The notes below the pieces were generated by a model that saw only the letters and a program-made list of their open reading frames with translations, was not told the origin of the DNA and did not search any database. This document shows positions 35,761 to 46,511 of a stretch of DNA of 46,511 nt, one piece after another (within the stretch, counting starts at the first letter, position 1; each line of letters opens with the position of its first letter). A program made the translations under genes and the position numbers. Source of the stretch: Octopus sinensis (taxonomy: Eukaryota); the NCBI RefSeq assembly GCF_006345805.1, contig NW_021834659.1, positions 1 to 46,511 on the forward strand, written 5' to 3'.

Positions 35761-37921
35761 ACATATATACATATATATATAAATATACATACATATATAT
35801 ATATATTTATATATACATATATACCGGAGTAAGCACATAAATGTGAAAACAAGGTGGAAAAAAGAGTACTCAAATACCAGAGGTAGAGTAATATGAAACT
35901 CCGAGTAACAGCTTTTGTTATATTTCTGCAGCACATAATATAGAATATACATATATATATACATACATATACATACATACATATATATATACATATACAT
36001 ATATATATATACATATACATATATATATATATATACACACACATATATATACATACACACACACAGATATATATATAAATAAATATTTATATAGATACGT
36101 AACTATTTCTATCCGTGTGTGTATTTTTCCTTGTAAGTTAATTAACTGTGTGTTTTAAGTATTCCGTTTCCTTTCCTGGTATACAGAAGAAAGAAAGTGA
36201 ATATACAGCCACATAAAAGCCCCCTCGTATAATCCGCAGAACAAAGGGCAGGGGTGTATGGAAGGGGCCGACGCATGATAAGCAGCAACACATGAATGAA
36301 ATGCAACAGATAAAAGATGTGTTCGTGTGTCTGTGCGTGCATGATATACCTCGGTAGATAGGTAGATAGCCGGGTAGATAGATACACATGTGTGAGTATG
36401 TGTGTGTATATAGGTACATATATATATATATATGTGAGTGTGTGTGTATATTTATCGCAGTCTCACACACACGTACACACAGATGCAGGCAGTTATTGTG
36501 TGTACTTTTAAGCAGTGCATTGTTTCCGAATCCTTCCAAATTGCTTTACTTCCTGTGTGCTCGGTAACGGAGAAATTTTAAATGGAACACAGTCAGCTGT
36601 TCTTTGAATCATCAGGAAACATCGAAGGGAAACTATGCGAAACACTCAACGCGTGTGTGTGTGTGCGTGCGCACGAGTGATTGTGTGTATGTGTGTGAAT
36701 ATATACATGTATGTAATGGAATTTGGGTTAGGGTTAGGGTATACATGGGTTAACATACACACATATATGCATGCACACACAATTATACATTTGTATGTAT
36801 TTCTGAATGTTTCTGTTTATATAAATGTATATACATGTGTTTATACATATATATATATATGTACATATATACACACATATATATGATATATACACACATA
36901 CGTATGTACATAAATACATACATATATGTGTACATATATACATATATATATATATACATATATACACACATATATATGCACATATATACACACATATATA
37001 TACACATATACACACATATATGATATATACACACATATATACGTATGTACATAAATACATACGTATATACATATATATACAAACATACATACATATACAA
37101 ACATACATACATAAACACACACACACGCACACATACACACACAAAGCAAGCATTAATTAATATTCCAAGTGTATAAAACAATCATAGGTTTCTGTGAGTG
37201 TTGTGGTGGTGGTGGTGGCGGGGTTAACCGACAAAAATTTGAAATTAAACTACAAAAGTGTTTCTAGAATGTTATAAAGGGTGGAAATTAAAACATTCAA
37301 TGATGACGAGGATGATGATGATAATGGAGGAGGAGGAGATGGAAGAGGAGGAGGAAGGAAGAAAGGCAATAACGATGATGGTGATGGTAACACTGACGAC
37401 AATGGTGATGGTGGCGGTGGTGGTAGTGGTAGTGAGGAAGATATGACGATATAATGATGTGGGTGATAACGATAACGATGCCAATGGCGATGATGTTATT
37501 GATGATGATGATGATGATGATGATGGTTATTATGATAGCGAAGGTGATGTGGCGAGAACAATAACACAAACATTCGGGGGAAAAGGAAAGTGAGCGGAGG
37601 TGAAGGAGTGGGGGTCGGGCCGGGAATTCCAGAAATGAGGAAATGATGAAGTACAAGGAGAGGTGGTACGCAGCAGAGGCAGAGGGACCAGGTAGGCGAA
37701 CAGGAAGGACTGGAGTGAAAGGGAGAGGAGTGAGAGGAAGAGGAATAGAACAGAAAGAGTAAAGAAAGAATGAGAGAATGGAAAAGGGAGTGAGGGGGGC
37801 GGAGTGGGGAGGGGAGAATGTCTTAAATTGGAAGGAATAAGAGGAAAGAAAGAAGGGAAAGAATAAATGAAGTAGAATGAATATGAACAGGAACGAATAT
37901 CGGAAAGAGGAGAAGGAAGAA

Positions 37922-37952
<31 letters not shown>

Positions 37953-38177
37953 AGAGAGAGAGAGAGACTACTGGATAAGGTAGAGAAGGAAGGAAGAAAG
38001 GGAAAGAGAAGAATGAAAACTAGAATGAATGAAAAAGGAAACCAGAGCAAGGAGGAGATGAGATGAGATAACGCACAGAATAAGAAGGAAAATGGGGGCA
38101 GGAGGAAAGGGGGGGAGTATGGGGAGGGTGAGAAAGGGAGGAATGAGTTTGAAGGAAAATAAGGAATTAAAATAAGG

Positions 38178-38216
<39 letters not shown>

Positions 38217-38355
38217 AGGGTATTAGCAAGAGGAGAGTGATTAGAAGGAGGTTAGAGTATAAAAAAAAAATTAAAATCAATTTGATGCTTAAATGTTTGC
38301 CATTTAAGGAAATATCTACATCCTTCCACACCACCACCACCACCACCACCGCCAT

Positions 38356-38386
<31 letters not shown>

Positions 38387-38387
38387 G

Positions 38388-38427
<40 letters not shown>

Positions 38428-38534
38428 CACCACCACCACCACCACCACCACCACCATTGTTGTTGCTGCTACACGACATCAACTACGACAACAACTACAG
38501 TTATGGAAACTGTGACACCGAGCCACAGAGGGAG

Positions 38535-38775
38535 AGTCCTTTGACCCATGTAAATATAGCAGCCAAATCTCCCTCGAAATACACCCGACTGTCTCAACAA
38601 GAAGATATTTTTTTAAAAAATGAAAAAAATGTAAAAAGTCACGTAGGATAATGTTGTCCGAGGTATACTTATTTATACTACATTTTACGATAAGATGGGA
38701 TGGGCCCTGGCTGAAGTGCATGCAAACAATCTTACTCCCTTTCTGATGGATAAGGACAGCAGACTTGACAAAAAA
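38535..38775 (+). mobile_element. Interspersed repeat family E
   Basis: TTTGACC...ATAGCAGCCAAATCTCCCTCGAAAT...GGATAATG...AAGATGGGATGG...GGCTGAAGTGC. Confidence 0.55.
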
Positions 38776-38784
38776 CAAAAAGGG

Positions 38785-39033
38785 CACCCTTTTAAAGCCT
38801 AGCCAGGCTCATGGGCCCGGTCTCCTGGTTTCTATGGTGTATGGGTTCCCCAGCTGGATGGGATGCCAGTCCATCGCAGCGTTACTCATTTTTGCCAGCT
38901 GAGTGGACTGGAGCAACGTAAAACGAAGTGTTTTGCACAAGAACACAATGCGTCGCCCGGTCCAGGAATCGAAACCACAATCTTACAATCGTGATGCTGA
39001 CACCCTAACCACTAAGCCACGCGCCTCCTCACA
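38785..39033 (-). mobile_element. SINE family D, full length and well preserved
   Basis: Reverse complement: GTGTGAGGAGGCGCGTGGCTTAGTGGTTAGGGTG (A box)...GGTTTCGATTCCTGG (B box)...GCGATGGACTGGCATCCCATCCAG...; many CpGs retained. Confidence 0.85.
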
Positions 39034-39066
39034 CGGCAGACTCGAAGCTAAGCAACAATTGTTGGC

Positions 39067-39103
<37 letters not shown>

Positions 39104-39586
39104 TGGTGATGATGATGGCTGTGGTGGTGGTGGTGGTGGTGGTGATGATGATGGCAACGGTGATGAAGATGACAATAACGATGACGAAGAAGAAAACCAG
39201 TTCTTGCTCTCGGCAAATTGATGATGCCTTTGTATCATGCACAAACTGATGTCTTTGACGACCTTATACGTAGACAAAAGAAAAACAAAAAAAAAAAAAT
39301 GTTTCGGTGCACTGAACCAGTAACCCAATAAGGTGTAGGCACTTGTCGGCTTCTAATATATATATATGTGTGTGCTTATCTGTATGTGTGCCATGCCACA
39401 TATATATACGCACGCCCAAGTACACACACACACGCACACATGTACAGACACACCATCACAATTTGCTTTTGTACTCTTTAGCTTTGGGGCAAAATCAATA
39501 TGAAAGATAACAACGAGTTCTGAGCAGCCAATGGAGTTTCAATTTAATTTATAATGAATGAACGCGAAACAACGACGATGACGACG

Positions 39587-39620
<34 letters not shown>

Positions 39621-39944
39621 CGGCAACAAGAACAACAACCATCATGACAACAACAACAGCAGCAACAACAACAACAACAACAACCCCAAGCTAATTATTA
39701 CAAATGAATATATCATTTATACATTCAGTGTGACATTCAGAAATATTGAAAATTAACAGTGAAGGAATATTGATGTGCATGTGTATATGTGTACTTGCGT
39801 CTATGTGTAAATGTATGTACGTATCCATTTATATATATGTATGAATAATGTATATATTTCTGTATGTATATATATAGGCATGTAGTCACAACATTTAGAT
39901 ATACATAATATATACACATCCATATATATATATGGATATATATA

Positions 39945-40187
39945 TATATATATAAAGCTGAAGTTGTCTGTGTATGGCAGGTTTGGTAACCTTCAACACT
40001 ATCTCCTCCGAGACCCTGCGGCGCAAGTTGACCAAAACTGAGAGTATGATAGAAGAAGGCTTGCTCTACCTTCAATAGAAGAAAAAAATTCAAATTGGAC
40101 CATGTTAACACCAAAAATTATTTACATCAAAAAGGTGCTTTTTTTCTATAAAAACCCCTATTTTTTATGATTTTTTTACTGCTTTTG
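39945..40187 (+). mobile_element. Possible non-autonomous Helitron-like 5' segment
   Basis: Starts (TA)n-TAAAGCTGAAGTTGTCTGTGT...TATCTCCTCCGAGACCCTGCGGCGCAAGTTGACCAAAACTG, similar in pattern to invertebrate non-autonomous Helitron 5' ends. No 3' CTAG/hairpin seen. Confidence 0.35.
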
Positions 40188-40504
40188 CATCAGGTTTTCC
40201 ATGCCTGCATGGGTTGGATAGAACTTCACAAGTACAGCCTGTTGCCATCTTTTCTCAACTCCTTAACGTTGTCCAACTCCCTGAAATCAACCTTCACCAC
40301 TTATTCGCATGTCTTCTTTGGTGGACCTCATCTCCCCGCCCCAAGTTCCTTCCATTTGGATCACTCGACACTTCTTCCCCTTCACCACCACCATCCCCAT
40401 TGTCCTCAATATGCCATCACATGTCAACACCAGCGCAACCTTCTCCTTGGCCTAGCACCTACTCCTGGCTCGTCTTTCGTGAACACAAACATTACACATC
40501 CTCT

Positions 40505-40712
40505 TTTACACGTTTTTTTACTCATTTTACGTGTTTCAGTCAGTCATTTGACTGTGGCCATGCTGGAGCACTACCTTTAGTCGAACAAATCGATCCCAGC
40601 ACTTATTCTTTGTAAGCCTAGTACCTATTCTATTGGTCTCTTTTGCTGAACTGCTAAGTTACGGGGACATAAACACACCAACATCGGTTGTCAAGCAATG
40701 GTTGGGTGATGG
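40505..40712 (-). mobile_element. SINE family A 3' half nested in the RTE relic
   Basis: CAGTCATTTGACTGTGGCCATGCTGGAGCACTACCTTTAGTCGAAC...CTAAGTTACGGGGACATAAACACACC. Confidence 0.85.
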
Positions 40713-40830
40713 GCAAAATACTGTTAAGCAATTTGTCCAGCATGCTAACAATTCTGCCAGCTACTTCAGCATAACTGCAGCATACAAAGTCCTTCTCTTC
40801 CAGCATGGTCGTTTTACTACTGCATCTCTT

Positions 40831-41157
40831 TAAAAAAAGACTCCGCCGGTTACGACGACGAGGGTCCCAGCTGATACGATCAACGGAACAGCTTGCTCGT
40901 GAAATTAACGTGCAAATGGCTGAGCATTCCACAGACACGTGTACCCTTAACGTAGTTCTCGGGGATAATCAGCATGACACAGAGTGACAAGGCTGACTCT
41001 TTGAAATACAAGTACAACTCATTTTTGCCAGCTGAGTGGACTGGAGCAACGTGAAATAAAGTGTCTTGCTCAAGGGCACAACGCGTCGCCGGGAATCGAA
41101 CTCACAACCTTACGATCATGAGCCGAATGCCCTAACCACTAAGCTACGTGCCCTCAC
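40831..41157 (-). mobile_element. Family D-headed SINE with a different tail, full length, 12-bp TSD
   Basis: tRNA-like head GTAGCTTAGTGGTTAGGGC...GAGTTCGATTCCC (minus strand); flanked by ACTGCATCTCTT at 40819-40830 and 41158-41169. Confidence 0.9.
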
Positions 41158-41391
41158 ACTGCATCTCTTATTCACCTACAATTTACATTAAGAACACCGT
41201 ATGGAATTCCTAATTACTCTTTTGCTGTATATTATAAAACGAAGCCACTTTCCAGATATCAGCAAAGCCTTGTCTTGTTTCCTGCTAAATAAGACTTTTG
41301 TCTTCACGAGGTATTTTAAAACCTCAATTCTTCCTAGGTTTTGCGACTAAAGAAGACCTGTACTCTGCAGCAGAAATGTTAAGACCGGTCC

Positions 41392-41642
41392 CTCTGGTGG
41401 TGTAAAAGCACTCGTGGTGGTGCCACATAGAAGAGCTTGTGTAGTGCCATGCAAAGGCACCCGAGCAGTGCCAGGTAAAAGCACCCAGAACACTGTGAAG
41501 TGGTTGGCATTAGGAAGGGCATCCAGCTCTAGAAAAACCACGCCAAATCAGACTGGAGTCTGGTGTAGCTCTCAAACTCACCAGCTCTGGTCAAACCATT
41601 CGACCCATGCCAGCATGGACAACCGACATTAAATGATGGTGA
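41392..41642 (+). mobile_element. SINE family C 3' portion nested in the RTE relic
   Basis: GTAAAAGCACCC...GTGGTTGGCATTAGGAAGGGCATCCAGC...ACCCATGCCAGCATGGACAACCGACATTAAATGATG. Confidence 0.8.
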
Positions 41643-42096
41643 TTCGGAAATTTGTCTCTCAAATTTTTGAAAAATACAGAGCCGTGAGAACTTGATCATC
41701 AAAACACAGGAGTTCCCATGGGTAGCTGGTCTTAAGTGCCTTTGTTACGGCCTAGAGCACAATGATAAATAGGAAGGGGCTCAAAACAACACCCTGACAG
41801 ACATTCATATGCAGGCTAAATTCCCTGCTGAACTCTCACCTTACTAACAACATCTACCAACATATACCTGCTATTGCATTCATCTACACCTAGATATCTT
41901 TGGTTTTTCAGTGACTACCTCTGATGGTCCACATGGTTCCCCAGGTTTCATATAATTAAGAGCTATTTTGATCATTGTAATGGTCAATTTAATAGGCGAT
42001 CCCTCTTTTGGGTTCACTTGGCAGAGTCACTCTCTCTCACCAGACTTCTGTGTGTGTATGTGTGTATGTGTATATCTATCTATCTATCTATCTATC

Positions 42097-42132
<36 letters not shown>

Positions 42133-42524
42133 CAAGTATTTACACGTATGCATATATAATATACGTGTACACACACATGTACGCACATGAACTGAAGAAA
42201 AACTGAAGAGAGTTCGCAAAAGACAAAGTCAAAAGTTCGGTAAGGTGAGAATATGGTGGAACCGCAATACAGCAGAGGGGAGGGTGGCATGGAATTGTCT
42301 AGATTTTCACACTTTCTTCTCTAGACAGAATTATTGGTTAAGGAGTGCACAAGACAGAGATGAAGAGGAAGAAGGAAGACGGTTGAGCTGTGAAATGGTA
42401 GGATGCTGGTGGTAGTAGAAGTAGTAGTTGTGGTGGTAGTGGTAGTGGTGGTGGCGGTTGTATATAGTAAAGGTGATAGTGTAGCGGTAGTAGCCAGAAG
42501 TAGTAGCTGTAGTTGGTTAGCATC

Positions 42525-43110
42525 AATTCTTAAACACAGTATTTCCTCCTCGCCATAATTCCAACCCGAACAGAACCATCTTATTTTATTTTGTGTGTTG
42601 TGCTCTAAAACAGAGAGAAGGCATGACATGAGTGAGACATCACTGCTATTTCTAGCAAGTCGTCTCACTACCTCAAAGTCGGAGCACCCAAGTCAGGGCT
42701 GATCAGGCAAACCTACCTATCCTCAAAAAGCATTCCAGTCATGACCACCCTGTCTTTTTGCATCATAGTGCAATCCGAATCGCAATGTAGTTTTCTTTTT
42801 ATTCTAAGACGACAAAGTGGGATATGATCAAGATTTGGCTGCTATTTCTACCAGGTCCAGTGACCACTGAAAAAAATCACCCGCTTCAGCTTAGTAGTAG
42901 AAGTACTAGCAGACCCCCAAGTCAGTTCTGACTCTCACAACCCATGATGGACCAAATTCAAGAGACAACCATCTTGAGTTTTCTAAAGGGTACATCGTCA
43001 GGCATCATAACCCATGTGTTGCTCCTGTTTGTAAGACAGTAAGGTGTAATCTGAGGGAGATCTAGTTGCTATTTCTAGAAAATCGAGCAACCACATTGCG
43101 GCTCCTTCAC
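42525..43110 (-). mobile_element. Cluster of three degenerate family E fragments
   Basis: GCTATTTCTAGCAAGTC (~42645), GATTTGGCTGCTATTTCTACCAGGTC (~42832) and GAGGGAGATCTAGTTGCTATTTCTAG (~43053). Confidence 0.55.
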
Positions 43111-43170
43111 TGGTTAGTAGTTGTAGTAGTAGTGGTGGTGGCAGCAGGAGTAGCAGTAGTCGTAGTGGTA

Positions 43171-43207
<37 letters not shown>

Positions 43208-43596
43208 GTGGTGGTACATGAGATGTAAATGCAGGAAGAAAAGGAAATAGACAAAGAAAAAGAAGCAAAGAATTTCGGAAGAGGAAGAGGAAGAGGAAGA
43301 AGGAGAAGAAGAAGACGACGACACAAAAACAACAACAAAAATCAATGGAATTGGATAGTTGAGAGTTTGGTAGTTGTAGCAGATGGTTAGGTGCATGAGA
43401 TGGTGGTGGTGGTGGTGGTGGTGGTGATGGCGATAGTGGTGGTAATGATAATCGTGGTTGTTGTTGTTGTTGGTAGTGGTGGTGGTGGCGGTAGAGGAAG
43501 CCAGCGTATAATGTTATAGCACCGAGAAATAAAAGTGAGCACCAGCAACAGCGTGGCAAAGGTGTATCGAGATATATTATAGCATCGCAGAGTAGA

Positions 43597-43664
43597 ACGA
43601 TGATGATGATGATGATGATAATAATAATAATAATAATAAAATAATAATAATAATAATAATAATA

Positions 43665-43732
<68 letters not shown>

Positions 43733-44062
43733 ATGATGATGATAATAATAATAATAAAATAATAATAATAATAATGATGATGATGATGATGATGATGATA
43801 TGATGATGATGATGATAATAATATAATAATAAAATAATAATAATAATAATATAATAATGATGATGATGATGATGATGATAATAATAATGATAATAATAAC
43901 AATAACAATAATAATAATAATAATGATGATGATGATGATGATAATAATAATGATAATAATAACAATAATAATAATTAGAGAAGAAGAAGAAGAGAAGAAG
44001 AAGAAGAAGAAGAAGAAGAAGAAGAAGAAGAAGAAGAAGAAAAGAAGAAGAAGAAGAAGATG
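43597..44062. repeat. Long compound (GAT)n/(AAT)n/(GAA)n microsatellite
   Basis: Directly visible; source of the 382-aa, 216-aa and 192-aa low-complexity ORFs. Confidence 0.95.
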
Positions 44063-46089
44063 GAGGAGGAATAGAAGAATATTGAGTATTGAGAGATGGG
44101 ATTGGGAATCCGAGTACAGCATGGTACAATGGAAGTACATGGAGGGGGGACGAAGGGTGGGGGGAGAGATCTGGGGGAGGAAGGGGGGGGAACAGGGCTG
44201 GGAGGGAGGTGAAAATCGAAAACCCACTCAACTGCACGTCGCTGTCGCATACCACCCACCACCCCAGTCGCCTAACTCGTTTTCCCTACAACCACCACCA
44301 CCACCACCACTTGGAAGAGCATAGTTTACCTGAGCAACTGCGCTAGGTAGTGGTATAAGTAGTAGTAGTAGTGGTAGTTGTAGTAGTAGCAGCAGCAGTA
44401 ATAGAAGTAGTAGTAGTATTAGCAGTAGTGGTGGTGATAGTGTTTGCAGTAGTGGTTGTCACAGATGTAGTAAATATATGGTAATAGCAGAACTAGGAGT
44501 AGTGGTGGTGATAGCGGTGGTGGTGGTGGTGGTCATGGTGGTAGAGGCTATAAAGTATTACTGGTATTCATGGTAGTCGCAATGGAAGCGGCAGCAGCAG
44601 CTGTAGTAGTTGCACTGCTGCAAAATAATTACAGCTAGTGCGTGACTGTGTGTGCGTGTAGTTGCTCTGTGTGTGTGTATGTTTGTGATGTGGCTGTGTA
44701 TGTGTGCATGTGGAAGGGATCTCTTGTATGCAACCATGTGTGTGTTCGTGTGTGTGTGTGTGTGTGTGTGTTAGAAAGAGAGAAAGAGAAACGAAGGACA
44801 GTGGTGGGATGACATGAGCAAGGAATGGGTGCTTGATAGATATTTTTCTTGTATGGCTCAGCATATCTGCAACAGTGCAGTGGTATGTGTGCATATGCAC
44901 ATATCAGCGTGTTGTGTTATACAGTATACCTGTATGTGAGTGTGTGTATACAAATGCTAATATGTATGTGTGTGTGTGTGATTGTGCATATATCTGTGAG
45001 TGTATGTGTACAAATGCCAGTGTGTGTGTATGTGTGCATATGTGAGTGTGTATACATATGCCAGTGTGTGTGAGAGTGTATGTGTGTGTGCATGCAGGTA
45101 TGCATATGTATGTGAGCACGCAGGTATGCATATATCTGTGTGTGAGTGTATGTGTGCATAACCCAGTACATCTATGTGTGTGTGTGTGTGTATGTCCATA
45201 TTCCAGTATGTGCACGTGTGTGTGTGTGTGTGTGTGTTCCAGTATGTGCATGTGTGTGTGTGTGTGTTTGAAAGGTAATCTAAAAGGAGGACAAGGCAGG
45301 TAGGACAGAGAGAAAGAGAAATGGGGGGTGGGTTAGGGGGACGGGGAAAGCCTAAATGTGAGTGTGTGGAAGGAAAGGGTGTGGGTAAAAACCAAATTCT
45401 TTGCTAGGGAATACATACATACATGCATGTATACACATACATATACACATATACACGTAAACAGCGTGTGTGTATGATGATGGTGCTTGCTATACCTCAA
45501 CTAATCATCTGTTTCCAATCCAGCCTCTCCCCCCACCCCCACCCCACTTCACTGAAACACTATAAATAACACTTCATCACCATCATCATCATCGTCATCA
45601 TCATAATCATCATCAGCATCATCTTTGTCATCATCATCTCAGCCAGTTCATAAGGATAATAGTATTTGGTTGGTTGAGTGTTGTTGTTGTTGTTGTTGTT
45701 GTTGGAAAAAGTGCAGAAATTAGTGGTGGTGGTGGTGGAAGTGGTGGTGATGGTGGTTGCATTGAAACTGTGATTGTACAGAGAGAGGGAGAGGGGAGGA
45801 GATAGAGACAGAGGGGGAGAGGGAGAGGGAGGTGGGGAGAGCGTGCCGAGATGAGTATTCAATAACAACTGATGAGTTGGATAAAGGTGGGGGGTGGGCT
45901 GCGGGGGAGGGAGCATCGGAAAATTTGGAAAATAGGGGGAGAAAAAGAGAGGGAGGGAAAAAATATGAGCTGAAAGAGAGAAAGAGAGAAGAAAAGCAGA
46001 TAAGCGGGGAGAGAGAGAGTGAGAAAGAGAGAGAGAGATGTTAAATAATAGATACATAGAAAGCGAGAGAAAGAGAGATGTATTATAAT

Positions 46090-46146
46090 GACAGATAGAT
46101 AGATAGATAGATAGATAGAGAGGGAGAGAGAGATTAATTGATAGAC

Positions 46147-46184
<38 letters not shown>

Positions 46185-46328
46185 CAGATGGATGGATGGA
46201 TGGATGGATGGATGGATGGATAGATAGAGAGAGAGAGAGAGAGAGAGGGATAGATGGATAGATAGAGAAAGAGAGAGATGTAGAATGTTAGATAAACAGA
46301 CAGATAGGTAGATAGATAAATGGATAGA

Positions 46329-46360
<32 letters not shown>
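46090..46360. repeat. Compound (GATA)n/(GATG)n/(GA)n microsatellite
   Basis: Directly visible. Confidence 0.95.
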
Positions 46361-46511
46361 TGTAAGATAACAAAGAGGAAGAGAGAGAAAGTAAGTGAAG
46401 AACTGTCGAAATAAACTTGCAACGGAGAGAGGAAAAGATATGAAAGGAACAACGAGGGATAGAAAACGGATGCGAAACAGAGACACAGGTGATAAAGAGA
46501 GCATGGAATAA

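Larger units (their letters stand above)
40191..42006 (-). pseudogene. Fragmented RTE-clade LINE (reverse transcriptase to 3' tail) interrupted by younger SINEs
   Basis: Collinear minus-strand peptides: EGSPIKLTITMIKIALNYMKPGEPCGPSEVVTE (~42000-41905); VCQGVVLSPFLFIIVL*AVTKALKTSYPWELLCFDDQVL (~41805-41690; QG..LSP and YADD-like motifs); KTKVLFSRK...SGKW...RNSIR (~41305-41200); RRRLRWC*HVM, KKCRVIQMEGT and GPPKKTCE*VVKVDFREL (40450-40270). Confidence 0.88.

Noticed and set aside
36725-36740. GGGTTAGGGTTAGGGT telomere-like repeat
   Set aside because: Only about 2.5 units; too short to call an interstitial telomere.
38960-39033. tRNA-like A and B boxes, here and at ~41085-41157
   Set aside because: They continue into SINE bodies and lack a full cloverleaf, so they are SINE heads rather than tRNA genes.
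43107-44255. 382-aa ORF and overlapping long ORFs
   Set aside because: Translations of trinucleotide microsatellites (homopolymer amino-acid runs in every frame); no domain content.
45560-46504. 314-aa minus-strand ORF
   Set aside because: Arises from (CT)n/(CTAT)n repeats that lack stop codons; low-complexity S/L/I/Y sequence.

Overview
Repeat-dense, apparently non-coding (intronic or intergenic) animal DNA. The SINE families and very high microsatellite load look like an octopus/coleoid cephalopod genome (inference, no search run). I found no credible host exon: almost all listed ORFs are microsatellite translations. Recognisable content: dozens of tRNA-derived SINE copies and related interspersed repeats in about five families (my labels A-E); an internally deleted mariner with intact TIRs and TA duplication, nested in a TTAA-flanked piggyBac-like MITE; a pogo/Tigger relic; a fragmented RTE LINE whose 3' tail matches the family C SINE tail; and an R4/Dong-type LINE 3' end inside a (TAA)n tract. 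The most interesting signal is several hammerhead-ribozyme-like motifs in short TA-microsatellite-embedded elements. One type I hammerhead fold sits in each unit of a near-identical ~583-bp tandem duplication (Penelope pseudo-LTR or retrozyme-like). There are also two adjacent long fold-back palindromes. Repeat boundaries were set by eye and are approximate.
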